NCBI GenBank assembly: GCA_043228905.1 | Contig: JBHGNT010000007.1 | Location: forward strand, 12,462,001 to 12,526,000 | Reading direction: 5' to 3' | Source of the DNA: Azolla caroliniana | Taxonomy: Eukaryota; Plantae; Polypodiophyta | DNA length: 64,000 nucleotides | Part shown: positions 1 through 13,400 of the stretch, in pieces | Layout of the letters: each line of letters starts with the position of its first letter | How positions within the stretch are numbered: the first letter of the stretch is position 1 | Position numbers and translations under genes: made by a program | The notes under the pieces: model-generated | The model's input: only the letters and a program-made list of their open reading frames with translations | The model's database searches: none | What the model was told of the DNA's origin: nothing

Positions 1-3000
1 TTTAGAATGGGAGGCTTGCCCATTCTGGCTTCGAATGGCAAATACCCACTCAGTATGACCATTAGGGTTAATTCGCAAAATAGGCATTATTGTCCTCACC
101 TTGGACGCCCCAAGGGCGTATCCAGTGCTTCTGGGCAGGCCATGGCTTCGGGGCAGCAAATATCAAGCAAAGCTGGCAACACAGGTGTATTAGTTTCCGA
201 CACGAACACACCAAGGTTCGCCTACCTACGGAAGGAAGCACGCCACAACCGAAGGGTATAACACCATTATACGCAGAAGATATAAATATGCTGGATGGGG
301 TGGAGGATGCAGAATTAGAGGTATACCTCGATGAGCACCCTCAGATTATTCCGCTGTTTGAAATAGACGTCATCGCAACCGCACAGAATATGCCACGACC
401 GCTGTTCTCCATGACGAGCCTTACGAACCAAACCCAGAGTCCATATTGGAACTCAGTAGAGCACGGGCAGCATTCGAAAGGGAAATGGAGATTTCACGAC
501 GAGTCACCGCTTCCACCCTCGAAGAAGTAAATATGGGTATGGAATCGGAGCCTCGTTTCCTCTCCATCGCAAAGGAATTAAGGCCGGACCAACGAAACAC
601 GATGATCGCACTACTCACGGAATATAAGGATGTGTTCGCTTGGGCTCACGAGGACATGAAGGGGTTAGATCCCAAGTTCTATCAACATAAGATCAATTTA
701 GCAACCAACTCAAAACCCGTTCAGCAGTGCCGCTACCGCATGAACCCGAACTACGCGACCCGCGTGAAAGAAGAAATTGACAAGCTCCTGAAGGCGGGCG
801 GGGTTCATACGACCAGTTAAACAAGCAAAATGGTTAAGCTCGATAGTGGTCGTTCCAAAGAAAAACGGCAAAATACGGGTATGCGTAGATTACCGAAAAT
901 TAAACGCCGTCACCATCATGGACGCATTTCCCTTACCCTTCATCGATAGCATACTGGACTCCGTCGCAGGCCATGAGATGTACAGTTTTTTAGATGGCTT
1001 CAATGGCTATAACCAGGTACGCATGCATCCCGAGGACCAAGAAAAGATGGCATTTATCATAGACTAGGGGGTATATGTGGCAATCGTCATGATGTTCGGG
1101 CTAAAGACGGCGCCGGCAACATTTCAATGGACAATTACGAAGATATTTGGGGAATACATTCCGGCGTTCATTGAAGTTTTTTTAGATGACTTTGCAGTAT
1201 ATGGGAGAACAATAGACCATTTTTCACACTTACAACTGTGCCTGAAACGTTGTCGCACCGCACGCTTAAGCCTGAATCCCGCGAAATGTGCTTTCGGCGT
1301 GACCAGCGGGACTCTCCTAGGCCATATACTCAGCAAGGAGGGAATAGCGGTTGACCCAAACAAAATCTCCGCAATTACGCAAGCCAACACTCCGACAAAC
1401 GCCAAATCACTCAGCCGGTTTTTGGGACAAATACGGTGGCATAGTCGGATGATACGGTATTTGGCGGACTTCACCACGCCGTTACACGCTGCCATACATG
1501 AAACTCCTTTCCAATGGACTGCAACGGAGGATAAGGCCTACGAGGCACTTAAGATAATGCTCACACAGGCTCCCGTTGTCCAACCACCAGTTTGGGCGAA
1601 GCCATTCCACGTGTTCGTCGACGCCTCGGACATAGCAATAGGAAGTGCACTAATGTAGCTCACCGAACCAAGCTGGTACCGGCCGGTATACTACGCTAGT
1701 CGCAAATTATCAACAACAGAGCGTAACTACTCCACAACGGAGCGGGTGGCGCTAGGGATGATCTATAACATCAATAAATTCCGGCACTATTTATTAGGAA
1801 GGAAATTCACGTTCCACGTGGATCATTTGGCGCTACTGTATTTGGTGGAGAAATAAGCCCTGACAAGGAAATTAGCGCGGTGGATGCTGCTACTCCAGGA
1901 ATTCGATTTTGTAATCCAACACCGACTAGGGACGCAACACGCAGTGGCGGATTTTTTGAGCAGACTCAAGAATGGAGAAACAGTACAGAAAGATGACGAC
2001 GATTTTCCGGACGCCGATATCTTGCGGGTAGTGACACTAGTAGAAAGAACGAAATTGACCTTTCCGGACCGGTGGCTTATGGAAATGACGTACCTTTTGA
2101 CTACGGGACTGCCTCCACCACAATTACGCACGGGCGAGAAGAAACGACTAGCTGTCCGAAGCCGTCACTTCTACCCCGTCGAAGGCGTTTTATATCACAA
2201 AGGTAGTGACGGCATTTGGCGACGTGGGGTACGACGGGATGAGAAGGAAGCAGTTTTACGGGAGGCACACTGCGGCACGGCATGTGGCCATTACGCGGGC
2301 GACGTTACAACCCGGAAAGTATGGCAGGCGGGCCTATGGTGGCCAACAACATAGAAGGACGCATCCGCGTATTGTAGAAAGTGTGATTTGTATCAACAGA
2401 TGGGACAGCCCGCAGACGGCGCAAGGATGCCACACCAGCCCATATTACCGCTAGACCCCTTCCAAAAGTGGGGATTAGATTTTGTGGGGCCCTTCACACC
2501 GGCGGCAGTCCGTACGGGCAATAAATACATATTGGTAGCCACGGATTATTGCACAAAATGAGTAGAAGCAAAGGCATTACGTGAAAATACGGCAGCCGTC
2601 ACAGCCAGATTCCTTTACGAGCACATCTAGTGCCGGTTCGGCTATCCGATTGAGCTTATCAGTGACCAGGGGAGCCACTTTCTCAATACGGTTGTTCGAG
2701 AATTAACACATCATTACGCCGTAGTCTATAAGAAGAGTACACCATATTATCCGCAGGCGAATGGATTAGCAAAATCCACCAACAAGATGTTGCAGACCAT
2801 TTTGAAGAAAATCGTCAATGAAAATAGAACGGACTAGGATACCAAACTATAGAGTGCGTTATAGGCGTACAAAACCAGCTACAAACCAGCATACAGTCAA
2901 CACTGTTTCGACTAGCATTTGGGCTGGAGGCTCTGATGCCGGTCGAATTTCAGGTACCTAGTTTGCGAATTCAGGTACGGCACCAACTATCAGAAGCCAA

Positions 3001-3382
3001 GTCGGAGGAGGTACGGCTCCACCAACTCCTCGAACTAGGGGAAAAACGCGTCCACAACATGGCTGTGTTGGAACAGGAACAACAACGACGTAAAGCGTTT
3101 GTGGATCGACATCGGAATGCAAGGGAAAAGGAGTTCGTCGTGGGTCGAGCAGTGTTGGTTTTCCAAACTCGCATGGGCCATATGCCGGGGAAGTTATGAT
3201 TCCGATGGACTGGCCCATACTGGATAATTGGAGCGGAACAAGGCACGTTCCAACTATGTACGCTGGCCAAGGAAATAGTCCGGCAAAAGGTGAATGGGTT
3301 TCGGCTCAAACCTTACCTGGGCCCTACGCCACCTAACCCATTCACCGCCGAACAAGAGAGAGCCAGAGAAACCGCACCGTAA
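1..3382 (+). pseudogene. pol: Degenerate pol of element A (RT, RNase H, integrase)
   Basis: ORF fragments carry VCVDYRKLN, FGLKTAPATFQ, VFLDDF, FVDASDIAIG, LLLQEFDF, an HHCC region and GPY-like WTGPY. There are many stops and frameshifts. Confidence 0.92.
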
Positions 3383-3529
3383 ATGAGTGGCCCCACTTGT
3401 ACCATAATGTAAAAATAGGTTGTAGATAATCGTTACGAAAAAAAAAAAAGAAAAAAAAAGGGAGAAGATAGTGACTATTAAAACGACTAAAGACATGCAC
3501 AAACTCCTAGTTCAAGAACACACGGCACC

Positions 3530-5314
3530 ATGATGGCTCACCACCCAATGAACCCTAAGCCACAAAAAGAAGGAAACAGAAGATTTTCTGCACAAAACAG
3601 AAACTCATCTTCTAGCTATCAGCGCTTCCATTGCTCCTCCCCCTCACCTTCTCCTCCATCCTATCACCCAGCTGCAGCCCACCGCAACCACCAGTCTCCT
3701 TCCCACGAACCTCCTCTAGCGATGACGATCTTCATCTCTACTGCCTTACGCCGATGGCTCGTGGAGAAACGCTTGGATGGGTACATCCGGGTCGCAGAAG
3801 CACCCCCACACCCGGATGCCATGGACATCGCCAGGAAGCTTAATATCGACACAGTCACCAACTCCATCCGGAAGAAGTTGGACCTGTCATCACTAGGCAA
3901 AAGGCATTTTGACATCCCTACTGTAGAGGCGTTGCAGTGATATTTCGGGCCATATTCCTCCTCCGCCAAGGCCTATAGAACCAAGCAGATTCCGGATCCC
4001 TTCTTCCGTGAAGTTGCCAAGTTCCTGCTAGAAGTCAATTGCGTACATGTCAACGCGTATGGGATGCCTAAGCAGAAGGCAGGCATCATTATCTATACCT
4101 TTGAGGGGCGCGCGGTCGATTGGGGGGTCATCACAAGGCCGGCGTTAAGGGAAGGCCTGCATGCGTACCAGGCAGGCAAAAAGCTCAGGCCGATCATACA
4201 ACAGTACCTTACGGTACTATTTCCACCCCGAGGCCTGCCGGCACCGCAGCCTAGCCGGCCCATATCCCCGCCCCAATCCGCGAAGCGCAGGTTAGCGGAG
4301 TTATCGGCCCCAGAGTGGGAAGAGGAACCCCAAACGACGGGACCAAAACTACCTACTGACCAGCCAGACACACGGACAATGCAGGAGGAACAGCCGGCAT
4401 GTTCCATGGTAGCCCTAGAGCCAGACACCGAAACACGGCAGGATAGCCCCAGACCGAAACGGCGTAGATTGGACAGGAAAGATGGGTGGGGGTTGGTCAA
4501 AAACGTTCCCACGGCAACAGAAACACCGACCGAAGGCGATGGCTCCGCAGCTACGGAACCCAATACCACCTTCAAAATCATCCGGGAGCCACGGCCGATC
4601 ATTACGACCCAGTCCCAACGAGGGAAAGCCGTATTGACGGTGGAAAGCGAGGTTTTGGCATATCCGGATATCCCGGATACGACCCATGAGTTCAACGCCC
4701 TCTTACAGTTCAACACTTCTTTTGAGCTCATGGAGTTCCTAGCAACACAACAGGTAAAAGCCGCCCAACGAATGGTCGAAGAGCATGCGGAACGACAAAT
4801 GATTGAGCGCGCCCTAACACAAACGACGGAGAGCGATGATGAGAACCGGTTAGCCAGGGTCGGTAGACAGAGGAACGACGGGGTACGCCGAGTGGGGATG
4901 GAGATACCCCCATTAAACACGGCCCTAGTCGAAGTCCATCGGGAACTGGCAAAGGTCAGCACGGGCGCCAAGGAGATGGCCATAAAAAATAAGAATGTCT
5001 GGAAGAAGGTGAAACTGACCCAAGTCGAACCACAAAAAGCCAACGAACGCATCATGGAGTTGGAAGCTCACGCGGCTACGGCACAACACGCAACTCCGCC
5101 ACCAAACCACGCCATCGATGCTTTAAAGGAAGAAATTGAGGCTCAGACCACCATCGCCTCAAAAGAGAAAAGGGCCGTGCAACTAGCAGAATCAGAAATT
5201 GACCGCCTTCGAGTGGAACTACGCCAATCCTCAGACAAAGAAAAGGAGATATGGGCTAACGGCCGGAAGGCAGTAAAAACCCTTGAAGAGAAACTCGCTA
5301 TGGAGGTAGCTGAG
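3530..5314 (+). pseudogene. Extra 3' ORF of element A (unknown function, coiled-coil C-terminal half), truncated
   Basis: ORFs 3530-3940 and 4064-5389 match the extra ORF of element B at 33293-35085. The ORF is separated from pol by an A-rich tract. Confidence 0.8.
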
Positions 5315-6219
5315 TGTTGGGAGACAGGTTCCTCCGGATGGGAAGGGAGAAGAACAGTGCCGATGAACAAACTCGGCCGAGGCCGATAGGCTGAGGCTGA
5401 AACCGGATGAGGAGTACCTGGCTACGGAGAGCCGGATGGTACAGACCTGGTAAAGACCGGACGAGGAGTACCCGGCTACGGAGAGCCGGATGGTACAGAC
5501 TCGGTGAAGACCGGATGAGGAATACCCGGCTACGGAGAGCCGGTTGGTACAGACCCGGTGAAGACTGGATGAGTACCCGACTACGGAGAGCCGAATGGTA
5601 CAAACCCGGTGAAGACCGGATGAGGAGTACCCGGCTACGGAGAGCCGGATGGTACAAACCCGGTGAAGATCGAATGAGGAGTACCCGGCTAAGACCGGAT
5701 GAGGAGTACCCGGCTACGGAGAGCCGGATGGTAGAGACCCGGTGAGAACCGGATGAGGAGTACTCCGCTACGGAGAGCCGGATGTTGCAGACCCGGTGAG
5801 AACCGGATGAAGAGACATACTCGTAAATATGTTTCTGAGAGTCCATCATGGCTATATTTGTAAATAGCCGAAAAGTCATATTAGTATAAATATGACTTAG
5901 GGCAAACTTTTAGTTGTTGTTGTTATTCTTGTCTACGCGAGACCAGAGTGCGTAACAGTGTACAGAGAGTGAGAGAGACAGGAAGAGGTCGTTGCCTCTG
6001 ATTGTAACCGCCGCTTGTGGCGAAGATCGTGAGCACGAGGTCGTTGCCTCCGTGAACTCACTGTTGTACATTCTAACATAGTGATAGTTTGCAGCCTGTG
6101 TGCTGCCGTGGTTTTTTCCCTAGTTTGGGTTTTCCACGTAAACATCCTGTGTACTCTTCTCTTTTCTGTGTCGAACATCTATTTCCCGTTTTCTTTTATT
6201 CTTCTCACTCGGTTTCACA
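5315..6219 (+). mobile_element. Orphan LTR (TG...CA) of another retrotransposon family, no matching TSD
   Basis: It starts TGTTGGGAGACAGG, resembling the minus-strand start TGTTGAGAGACAAG of solo LTR 53005-53398. It has TATAAATA at ~5886 and a GGGTTTTCCACGTAAA motif at ~6127, and ends TTTCACA. Confidence 0.6.
5402..5812 (+). repeat. ~57-bp tandem repeat (CCGGATGAGGAGTACCCGGCTACGGAGAGCCGGATGGTACAGACCCGGTGAAGA), ~7 copies
   Basis: Directly visible, in the U3-like part of the orphan LTR. Confidence 0.9.
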
Positions 6220-6243
6220 CCATAGCCGAAAATCATCACGACA

Positions 6244-7321
6244 TCGCCGGGCAAATCGACTAGGGCATATTGCAGTGAACTATCCCCATAGGCCAAGAAG
6301 ATAGGTGAACCAAATAGATGCTAGTTCTAATTGTACTAAACCCGAGTCTATTTCAATAGGAATATCTGATAGTCCTAATAGTACTAATAGCCCAAATCCA
6401 TCGAACAAATTTGATGTCCAGTTAGAAGAAGAGTTAAACGACTAAGTCCAGCCAAATTAGGAGTCGTTTGGTTGGACAACCCTAGATCTGTGCAGCCCAT
6501 TAGTGGTTCCATTCCTTCTAAGAAAGTTAGCAATGTGTTCTTAGCCCAAGTAATAGTTAGTACTAAAAGTACCTCTCCAATACATGTCTCAGCACTCCTA
6601 GATTTCAAAGCTAATTCTTGCTTCATGGATAGGAATTTTGCCCAAGCTCATCAGATATTCCTAAGAAAACTCCTGTGTCCAGCCTCTATAGTAGTCATTG
6701 ATGGTCGTCCCATTGCTTCCGGAAATATCATAGAAGAGTCTGAGCTCGTTAATATTGTCCTAGATAATTTAGTGTGTGTAGTATCCTTTAATATAATTAG
6801 TATACCAGAACATCCCATTGTTTTGGGATTATCATGGTTCGAATTACATAACCTAAACATAGATTGGAGAACAAGGGAAATCTGGTATCGACAAACCCGA
6901 GGATCTACTCATAAGATTGCAACCATTTCGTTGCATTAGTTCCGTGAGTAAGGATGCAAGGAAGAAATGTTTCTCTTCGCAGTATCAGTAAAACCCTCCA
7001 ACACCACTAAAGAGGATTCCACCGTTCAACTTCTAGAGAAGTATGAAGTATCTTCATTATGCCTATGTGTTCGATAAAGTACAAGCCAATACGCTTCCTC
7101 ATCATCGATCGTATGATTGCCCCATCGATTTACAACCAGGAAAAGAGCCACCATGGGGACCGATCTACAATTTGTCACCAACCGAGCTAGAAGTCCTTTG
7201 AGCCTATATAGAGGAGAATTTGGCAAATGGTTTCATTCAACATTCGAATTCTCCAGCCGGTGCACCCATTTTCTTCTTCAAGAAAAAGGATGGATCACTT
7301 CGTCTCGTCGTAGATTACCCT
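6244..7321 (+). pseudogene. Element D gag end, protease and RT start
   Basis: Motifs GHIAVNYP (degenerate CCHC), ALLDFKANSCFMD, HPIVLGLSW and [12 protein letters not shown]. Confidence 0.85.
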
Positions 7322-7741
7322 TCTCGTGAAGATTTTCGGCGATAGTGTGAAACTTGTGAGGAACATACGAAATCGAGTGTGGCTCTTCTCACGAAATATA
7401 AAACAATAATAGTGAAGATACTATTTTAAATAAGTTTAATATCTTGGTACAAAAAGATGGAGGTTTTGAAGAGCTTTTGAATGCACTTTGCTACATAACA
7501 AACGGACATCTAAGTGTCAAGTTATGTGGGTATGAAGTTTGCAAAGAAAAAGAGAAAAATAAAAAATTGTGGCCACATAAACATGAAAAATAAGGATCTC
7601 ACCATATATAAGGCAGAGCAAAAGCTATTATTTTTGTTTATGTGTGGAGAATAGAAAGGATGAGTTGAATGACTTGACGAATGGATGTAGCTATGTTCAC
7701 TGATTTTGGACGGTGATAGAACCGGAACCGGACGGACGGAC

Positions 7742-8183
7742 TGTTGTCCGCCGGAATAGTAACCGACGGCTAAAAGCGTAGGAATAAGAAACTATATAAA
7801 GCGTAACGTATGTAACGGTTCACGCGGGGAAGGGTGAACGGCTAATTAGACCCTGCATATATAAAGGGCAGAAAACCTCTTAAGGAGGTGCGTGTAAATT
7901 TTGGGAAATGTAAAAGAACGTCTGATAATAGAATACTATCTTCTCTGAGTTTCTATGTATAGCTACGGCTAATTCAGTGTATGTGTCTCGGATACGTAAT
8001 CGTAGTAGTACGTAAGCGCAACCTGTGATAAGGAGTCGGTTGTAGCCGTCTTCCCTTACACACGGAGGAATTACAGAGGTTCTCTCCTTACGTAGTACGA
8101 TTAAGCTTTGTTCGTTGTTCCACACCCACCTTGGGGTCTAGGTCGAAGGACTGACCACGGACCTTGTTTCCTAAGAGGCAACA
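7742..8183 (+). repeat. 5' LTR of element B
   Basis: TGTTGTCCG...GGCAACA, a direct repeat of 36280-36721, with TATATAAA at ~7858. Confidence 0.95.
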
Positions 8184-8186
8184 CTA

Positions 8187-9014
8187 TTGGCACACTTGGT
8201 GATCTGTGTTTCCTCACAGACGAGCAACAACGAATGGATGTTTAGCCGCAGACGACTCAGAGAACCAACAAGACAAGACCGGCCAATAACAAGGTCCGTC
8301 ACACGCCAGGCAAAAGAACGCGCTCGGCAAAAGCCGCGCATCGACGACCCCAGTAATACCTGCCAGGAGTGCAAAGAGGATTCCTTGCTCCCCAAATACC
8401 TCGACGAGGCGAGGGGTCCACGCTTACCACAGCCTCCTGGTGACCTTCTCCGATCCACCATAGCTCCCACGATGGCCTTTGCCTACCCCCGCTTTAATGG
8501 CGAAACCGACGCCGCAACTCATATTCGCATGTTCTTGAACGTTTGGAATGCGAACCACATGGCACAGAACCTTTCCGAGACAGTGGCACACCATTCGAAA
8601 ATGACGGAGTTCGGATTAACATTAGATGGGCGTGCAGCGTTCTGGCATTCAGAAATGGATTTACCGGCCATAACAACCTTCGATCAGCTCCAGTCCGCCT
8701 TCTTGCGTTTTTTCCACCGGAGGGTTCCACAACGCGAGATTCTCGGGAAGTTTTATACAATTAAGCAACTACCGACCAAGACAATAGCAGACTTCAGCTT
8801 ACGGTTCCAAAATTTACGACGGAAACTGGATCGAAGCCCTACGGAGGAGGCACGGGAGACATTTCTGGCAACGTTACGCCGGCCCATCAAGGCAACGCTC
8901 AACAGCAATAGCGTGAAAGGGGAAACGGCGGATATGGTGATTGAACGAGCGTTACAGCTCGAGTTGAATGACGAGGAGGAGAGGTTTTCGATGTCATCCT
9001 TACAACAAGCGTTA
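8187..9014 (+). pseudogene. gag: Element B gag N-terminal part, interrupted by the DNA transposon
   Basis: Retrotransposon capsid-like motifs (YPRFNGETDAATHI, LTLDGRAAFW, FDQLQSAFLRFF). The sequence resumes after the GTTA duplication at 21236. Confidence 0.85.
8188..8201 (+). promoter_or_regulatory. Primer-binding site of B, tRNA-Arg(UCU)-like (TGGCACACTTGGTG)
   Basis: It lies 4 nt after the LTR and resembles the TGGCACGCCYGGTGGGAC-type Arg PBS with transition changes. The tRNA sequence is recalled, not searched. Confidence 0.6.
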
Positions 9015-9369
9015 GGGTGAAAGCATGCGAGTGGAAACAATTAGCTATGTCCTTGACATAGCTAATTAGCTATGCAAAAAGCTACCATTGATAAATAGTC
9101 ATTTTAGTAAAAAAGCCATCATTAATAAATTAAGTATGCAAAAAACTACCATTGAAAATACTAGAGTGTTTTAATTACATATGTAAATGAGTGCCATAAA
9201 TGTGCAACATAAATTGATGTGTGCACCATAAATGTGTACCATAAATTATATATCGAATTCCTAGGTCCATTATGCATGATCCTTTGCCACATCACGTAGG
9301 CCATCTCTAGTTGAGTACTGTGGGTTAGTTGCTACCACTGTTGCTAAACCCTATCGAGTCCACTTGCCG

Positions 9370-10100
9370 CCACTCTACACTAAGGGGCCGCTACTGTGCG
9401 TTCCAAGCATCATCAAAGAGCTGCTCAATCTGACGGGGTTCTCTTCTCTGTGACACTCTACACTCAGGGGCCACTACTGTGCATTCCAAGCATCATCAAA
9501 GAGCTGTTCAATCTGACGGGGTTCTCTTCTCTGTGCCACTCTACACTCAGGGGCCATTACTGTGCGTTCCAAGCATCATCAAGGAGCTGTTCAATCTGAG
9601 GGGGTTCTCTTCTCTGTGCCACTCTACACTCAGGGGCCATTACTGTGCGTTCCAAGCATCATCAAAGAGCTGTTCAATCTGAGGGGGTTCTCTTCTCTGT
9701 GCCACTCTACACTCAAGGGCCGCTGCTGTGCGTTCCAAGCATCATCAAAGAGCTGTTCAATCTGACGGGGTTCTCTTCTCTTTGCCACTCTACACTCAGG
9801 GGTTGCTACTGTGCGTTCCAAGCATAATCAAAGAGCTATTCAATCTGACGGGGTTCTCTTCTCTTTTCCACTCTCACTCAGGGGCCGCTACTGTGCGTTT
9901 CAAGCATCATTGGTAACTGTTCAATCTGACGGGGTTCTCTTCTCTTTTCCACTCTCACTCAGGGGCCGCTACTGTGCGTTTCAAGCATCATTGGTAACTG
10001 TTCAATCTGACGGGGTTCTCTTCTCTATGCCACTCTATTCTCAAGTGCCTTCTATGTGCGTTTCAAGCATCATCGGTAACTGTTCAATATGACGGGGTTC
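9370..10100 (+). repeat. 83-bp subterminal tandem repeat (~9 copies, later units ~80 bp)
   Basis: Unit GCCACTCTACACTCAGGGGCC...GACGGGGTTCTCTTCTCT. Spurious ORF starts recur every 83 bp (9396, 9479, 9562, 9645, 9728, 9811). Confidence 0.95.
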
Positions 10101-10437
10101 TCTCCTCCATTGCCATCATTCTATACTCAGTTGCCACTACTGTCCAGTCCCGGATTGCTTCCACATTTCGATTTGACGGAGTTCACTCATCCAACGGCAA
10201 CATTCTACACTCAGTTGTTGCCATTGGTCGGTCTTGGATCGCCTCCTCAACTGTTGGATCCAACAGAGTGAAATCCTCTACTGTTCGGTCTTGGATTGCA
10301 ATAACTTTTCTGTCTATTGATTATCTTGTGTATTGTTGTGTCTAATCTTGTGTATTGTGTGGAATATTTTTGTGTATTGTTGTTGCCCATAGCCATCTTT
10401 AATACTTGTTTTTTTTCTGGAAATTTAGGGTTTTAAC

Positions 10438-13400
10438 ATGTCTAGCCAAATGGAAGGGGAAGAAGGGTGTTTAGAATTACCCCTCAATGATCATAAGGAT
10501 AGGGATGATGTTATCAGGACACAACAAGCCATACGAAACTATTGGGCAGAAAAAAAAAGGAAACATCGTCAATTGTTGAAGGATACGAAAGCCACACTCA
10601 GTAAAGGTAAGGATAGTTTAGCTGAGAATGTAAGTAATGCGACTACCATCATAGAGAGAAAGGTTGTAGACTATTTCAATGTTCAAACCAAGCACATCAG
10701 CAATGAAGAAAAGAAGGTAGTACTTTATGGAATATGTAATGATCCATCGATAAAGGACTTAGTTGATTGTGATGGTCTTAATGCAAACATATCATCTATT
10801 TTAGTAAATAATCTTCGTAATAGTTTCGTATCCATGAGCAGGTCAGAAGATGATCTTGTCTTAAAAAGGTCTAGTCTAATGATGTTACTTAATAGTGATG
10901 TTGACGATATAAACATCAGTGAGCTATCTAAGGTAATTGGTGTTACTAGAAAAACAGTGTACAATACAATGAACCGTATAATTTCCTCGGGTGAAGGAAC
11001 TAGTCTACTAAAGCTAACTACAAGATGTAAGCCAATGACACCCATAACATTTGAAATCAAGGATGTAATCACAATGTTTTGGACTAATGAGAGTAGGGTT
11101 TCACCCAATAAAAAGGATTTATGCAGGAAACGTGTTGGAAGAAATCAATACGAGGAGCATCCCATTCATCTTCTTGATGTACCTCAGGTATTTACATTTA
11201 TCTCAACATTTGTTTTGACTCTACTCGGAAAGTTAATTAGCTCAGTTAGCAGAAAAGCTAATTAGCTTATCAGTTACATTTACCTCAGTTAGCTACTAGG
11301 ATCGCTACTACATAGGTAACTAGCTACTCTCAATAGTTACTACCATGATAGCTAATTAGCTATTCTCAATAGCTAATTTAGGTACTACCAGATAATTAGC
11401 TGTACTGCTAGCTAGTTAGCTATCATGGTAGCTAGTTAGCTATTTCGTTATTACCAGCTAATTAGCTACTAGGAAAGCTAATTAGCTACCATGATAGCTA
11501 ATTAGCTACTATGATAGCTACTACATAGGTAACTGGCTACTCTCAATAGCTACTACCATGATAGCTAATTAGTTAGGATAGCTAATTAGCCACCATTATA
11601 GCTAATTAGCTACTAGACCAGCTAATTAGCTACCATGATAGCTAATTAGTTACTAGGACAGCTAATTAGCCACCGTGATAGCTAATTAGCTACCATGATA
11701 GCTAATTAGCTACTATACCAGCTAATTAGCTACCATGATAGCTAATTAGTTACTAGGAAAGCTAATCAGCCACCATTATAGCTAATTAGCTACTAGACCA
11801 GCTAATTAGCTACCACGATAGCTAATTAGCTACTAGACCAGCTAATTAGCTACCATGATAGCTAATTAGTTACTAGGAAAGCTAATTAGCCACCATGATA
11901 GCTAATTAGCTACTAGACCAGCTAATTAGCTACCATGATAGCTAATTAGTTACTAGGAAAGCTAATTAGCCACCATGATAGCTAATTAGCTACTAGAGCA
12001 GCTAATTAGCTACCATGATAGCTAATTAGCTACTAGGACAACTAATTAGCTACTAGGACAGCTAATTAGCTACCATGATAGCTAATTAGCTACTAGACCA
12101 GCTAATTAGCTACCATGATAGCTAATTAGTTACTAGGAAAGCTAATTAGCTACCATGATAGCTAATTAGCTACTAGACCAGCTAATTAGCTACCATGATA
12201 GCTAATTAGTTACTAGGAAAGCTAATTAGCCACCATGATAGCTAATTAGCTACTAGAGCAGCTAATTAGCTACCATGATAGCTAATTAGCTACTAGGACA
12301 ACTAATTAGCTACTAGGACAGCTAATTAGCTACCATGATAGCTAATTAGCTACTAGAATAGCTAATTAGCTACTAGAATAGCTAATTAGCTACCATGATA
12401 GCTAATTAGCTACTACGACAGCTAATTAGCTACTAGAATAGCTAATTAGCTACTAGAATAGCTAATTAGCTACCATGATAGCTAATTAGCTACTACGACA
12501 GCTAATTAGCTACTACGACAGCTAATTAGCTACCATGATAGCTAATTAGCTTCTAGGACAACCAATTAGCTACTAGAATAGCTAATTAGCTACCATGATA
12601 GCTAATTAGCTACTACGACAGCTAATTAGCTACCATGATAGCTAATTAGCTACTAGGACAACCAACTAGCTACTAGGACAGCTAATTAGCTACCATGATA
12701 GCTAATTAGCTACTACGACAGCTAATTAGCTACCATGATAGCTAATTAGCTACTAGAATAGCTAATTAGCTACCATGATAGCTAATTAGCTACTACGACA
12801 GCTAATTAACTACCATGATAGCTAATTAGCTACTAGGACAACTAATTAGCTACTAGGATAGTTAGCTAGTTACGAGAATAACTAATTCCCCTTTATTACG
12901 CAGGTCGATTTATTTATTAGGTTCAAACGAATGCATCCAACTATCAAAGTTCAACTACGAACATTCGAGTCTCTTAAGCCACACTTTGTGAGACGCTTAA
13001 AGGATCGATACACATGTTGTTGCATTTACCATGTACAGATGGGTTTTCTGAAGGACTCTGTTAATCTACTACGTCACCATAGCGCATCCCTAACTAATAC
13101 AGTTTGCACATGTGGGTGCCCAATCTGTCGATCAAGCCCGCAAGAGGAGTGTAAATCATCTGAGCACGTTATCTCTTCCATGAGTTATTTATTAGATTCA
13201 ATATTGTGTCCGAGAGAAACTGACGCTATCTTCCATATTCATAAATGTGTCATGGGTTTATGTCAAGATTGTGGCCCTACTAGATTTAGGTGGTGTCCAA
13301 ATGAATTGAGTAGTGAAATATTGATCTCTGTGAAGTTATTTGAGTCAGTGAACACCAATTTCGAAGGAAAGGTGTGTAAAAGAAAGGATCTAGTTCGGAA

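Larger units (their letters stand above)
1..5314 (+). mobile_element. Truncated Ty3/Gypsy element A (same family as element B; Athila-like non-chromovirus)
   Basis: PR-RT-RH-INT fragments followed by an extra ORF, colinear with and highly similar to 22385-35085. The 5' part lies outside the window, and similarity to B stops abruptly at 5314. Confidence 0.9.

Noticed and set aside
4093-5055. 320-aa antisense ORF (also 22266-23033, 48147-49613 and similar)
   Set aside because: These are shadow frames of the coding strand with no motifs, and they are not preserved at full length in the sister copy.
5298-5879. Repetitive 193-aa and 112-aa ORFs
   Set aside because: They are translations of the 57-bp (multiple of 3) LTR repeat.
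9370-10100. CRISPR array or a family of small 60-67 aa ORFs
   Set aside because: These are head-to-tail repeats without unique spacers; the ORFs are by-products of the 83-bp period.
11234-12885. CRISPR-like array (palindromic repeat plus spacers)
   Set aside because: The spacers are only 10 nt and recur from a small set, there are no cas genes, and the array lies in a spliceosomal intron.
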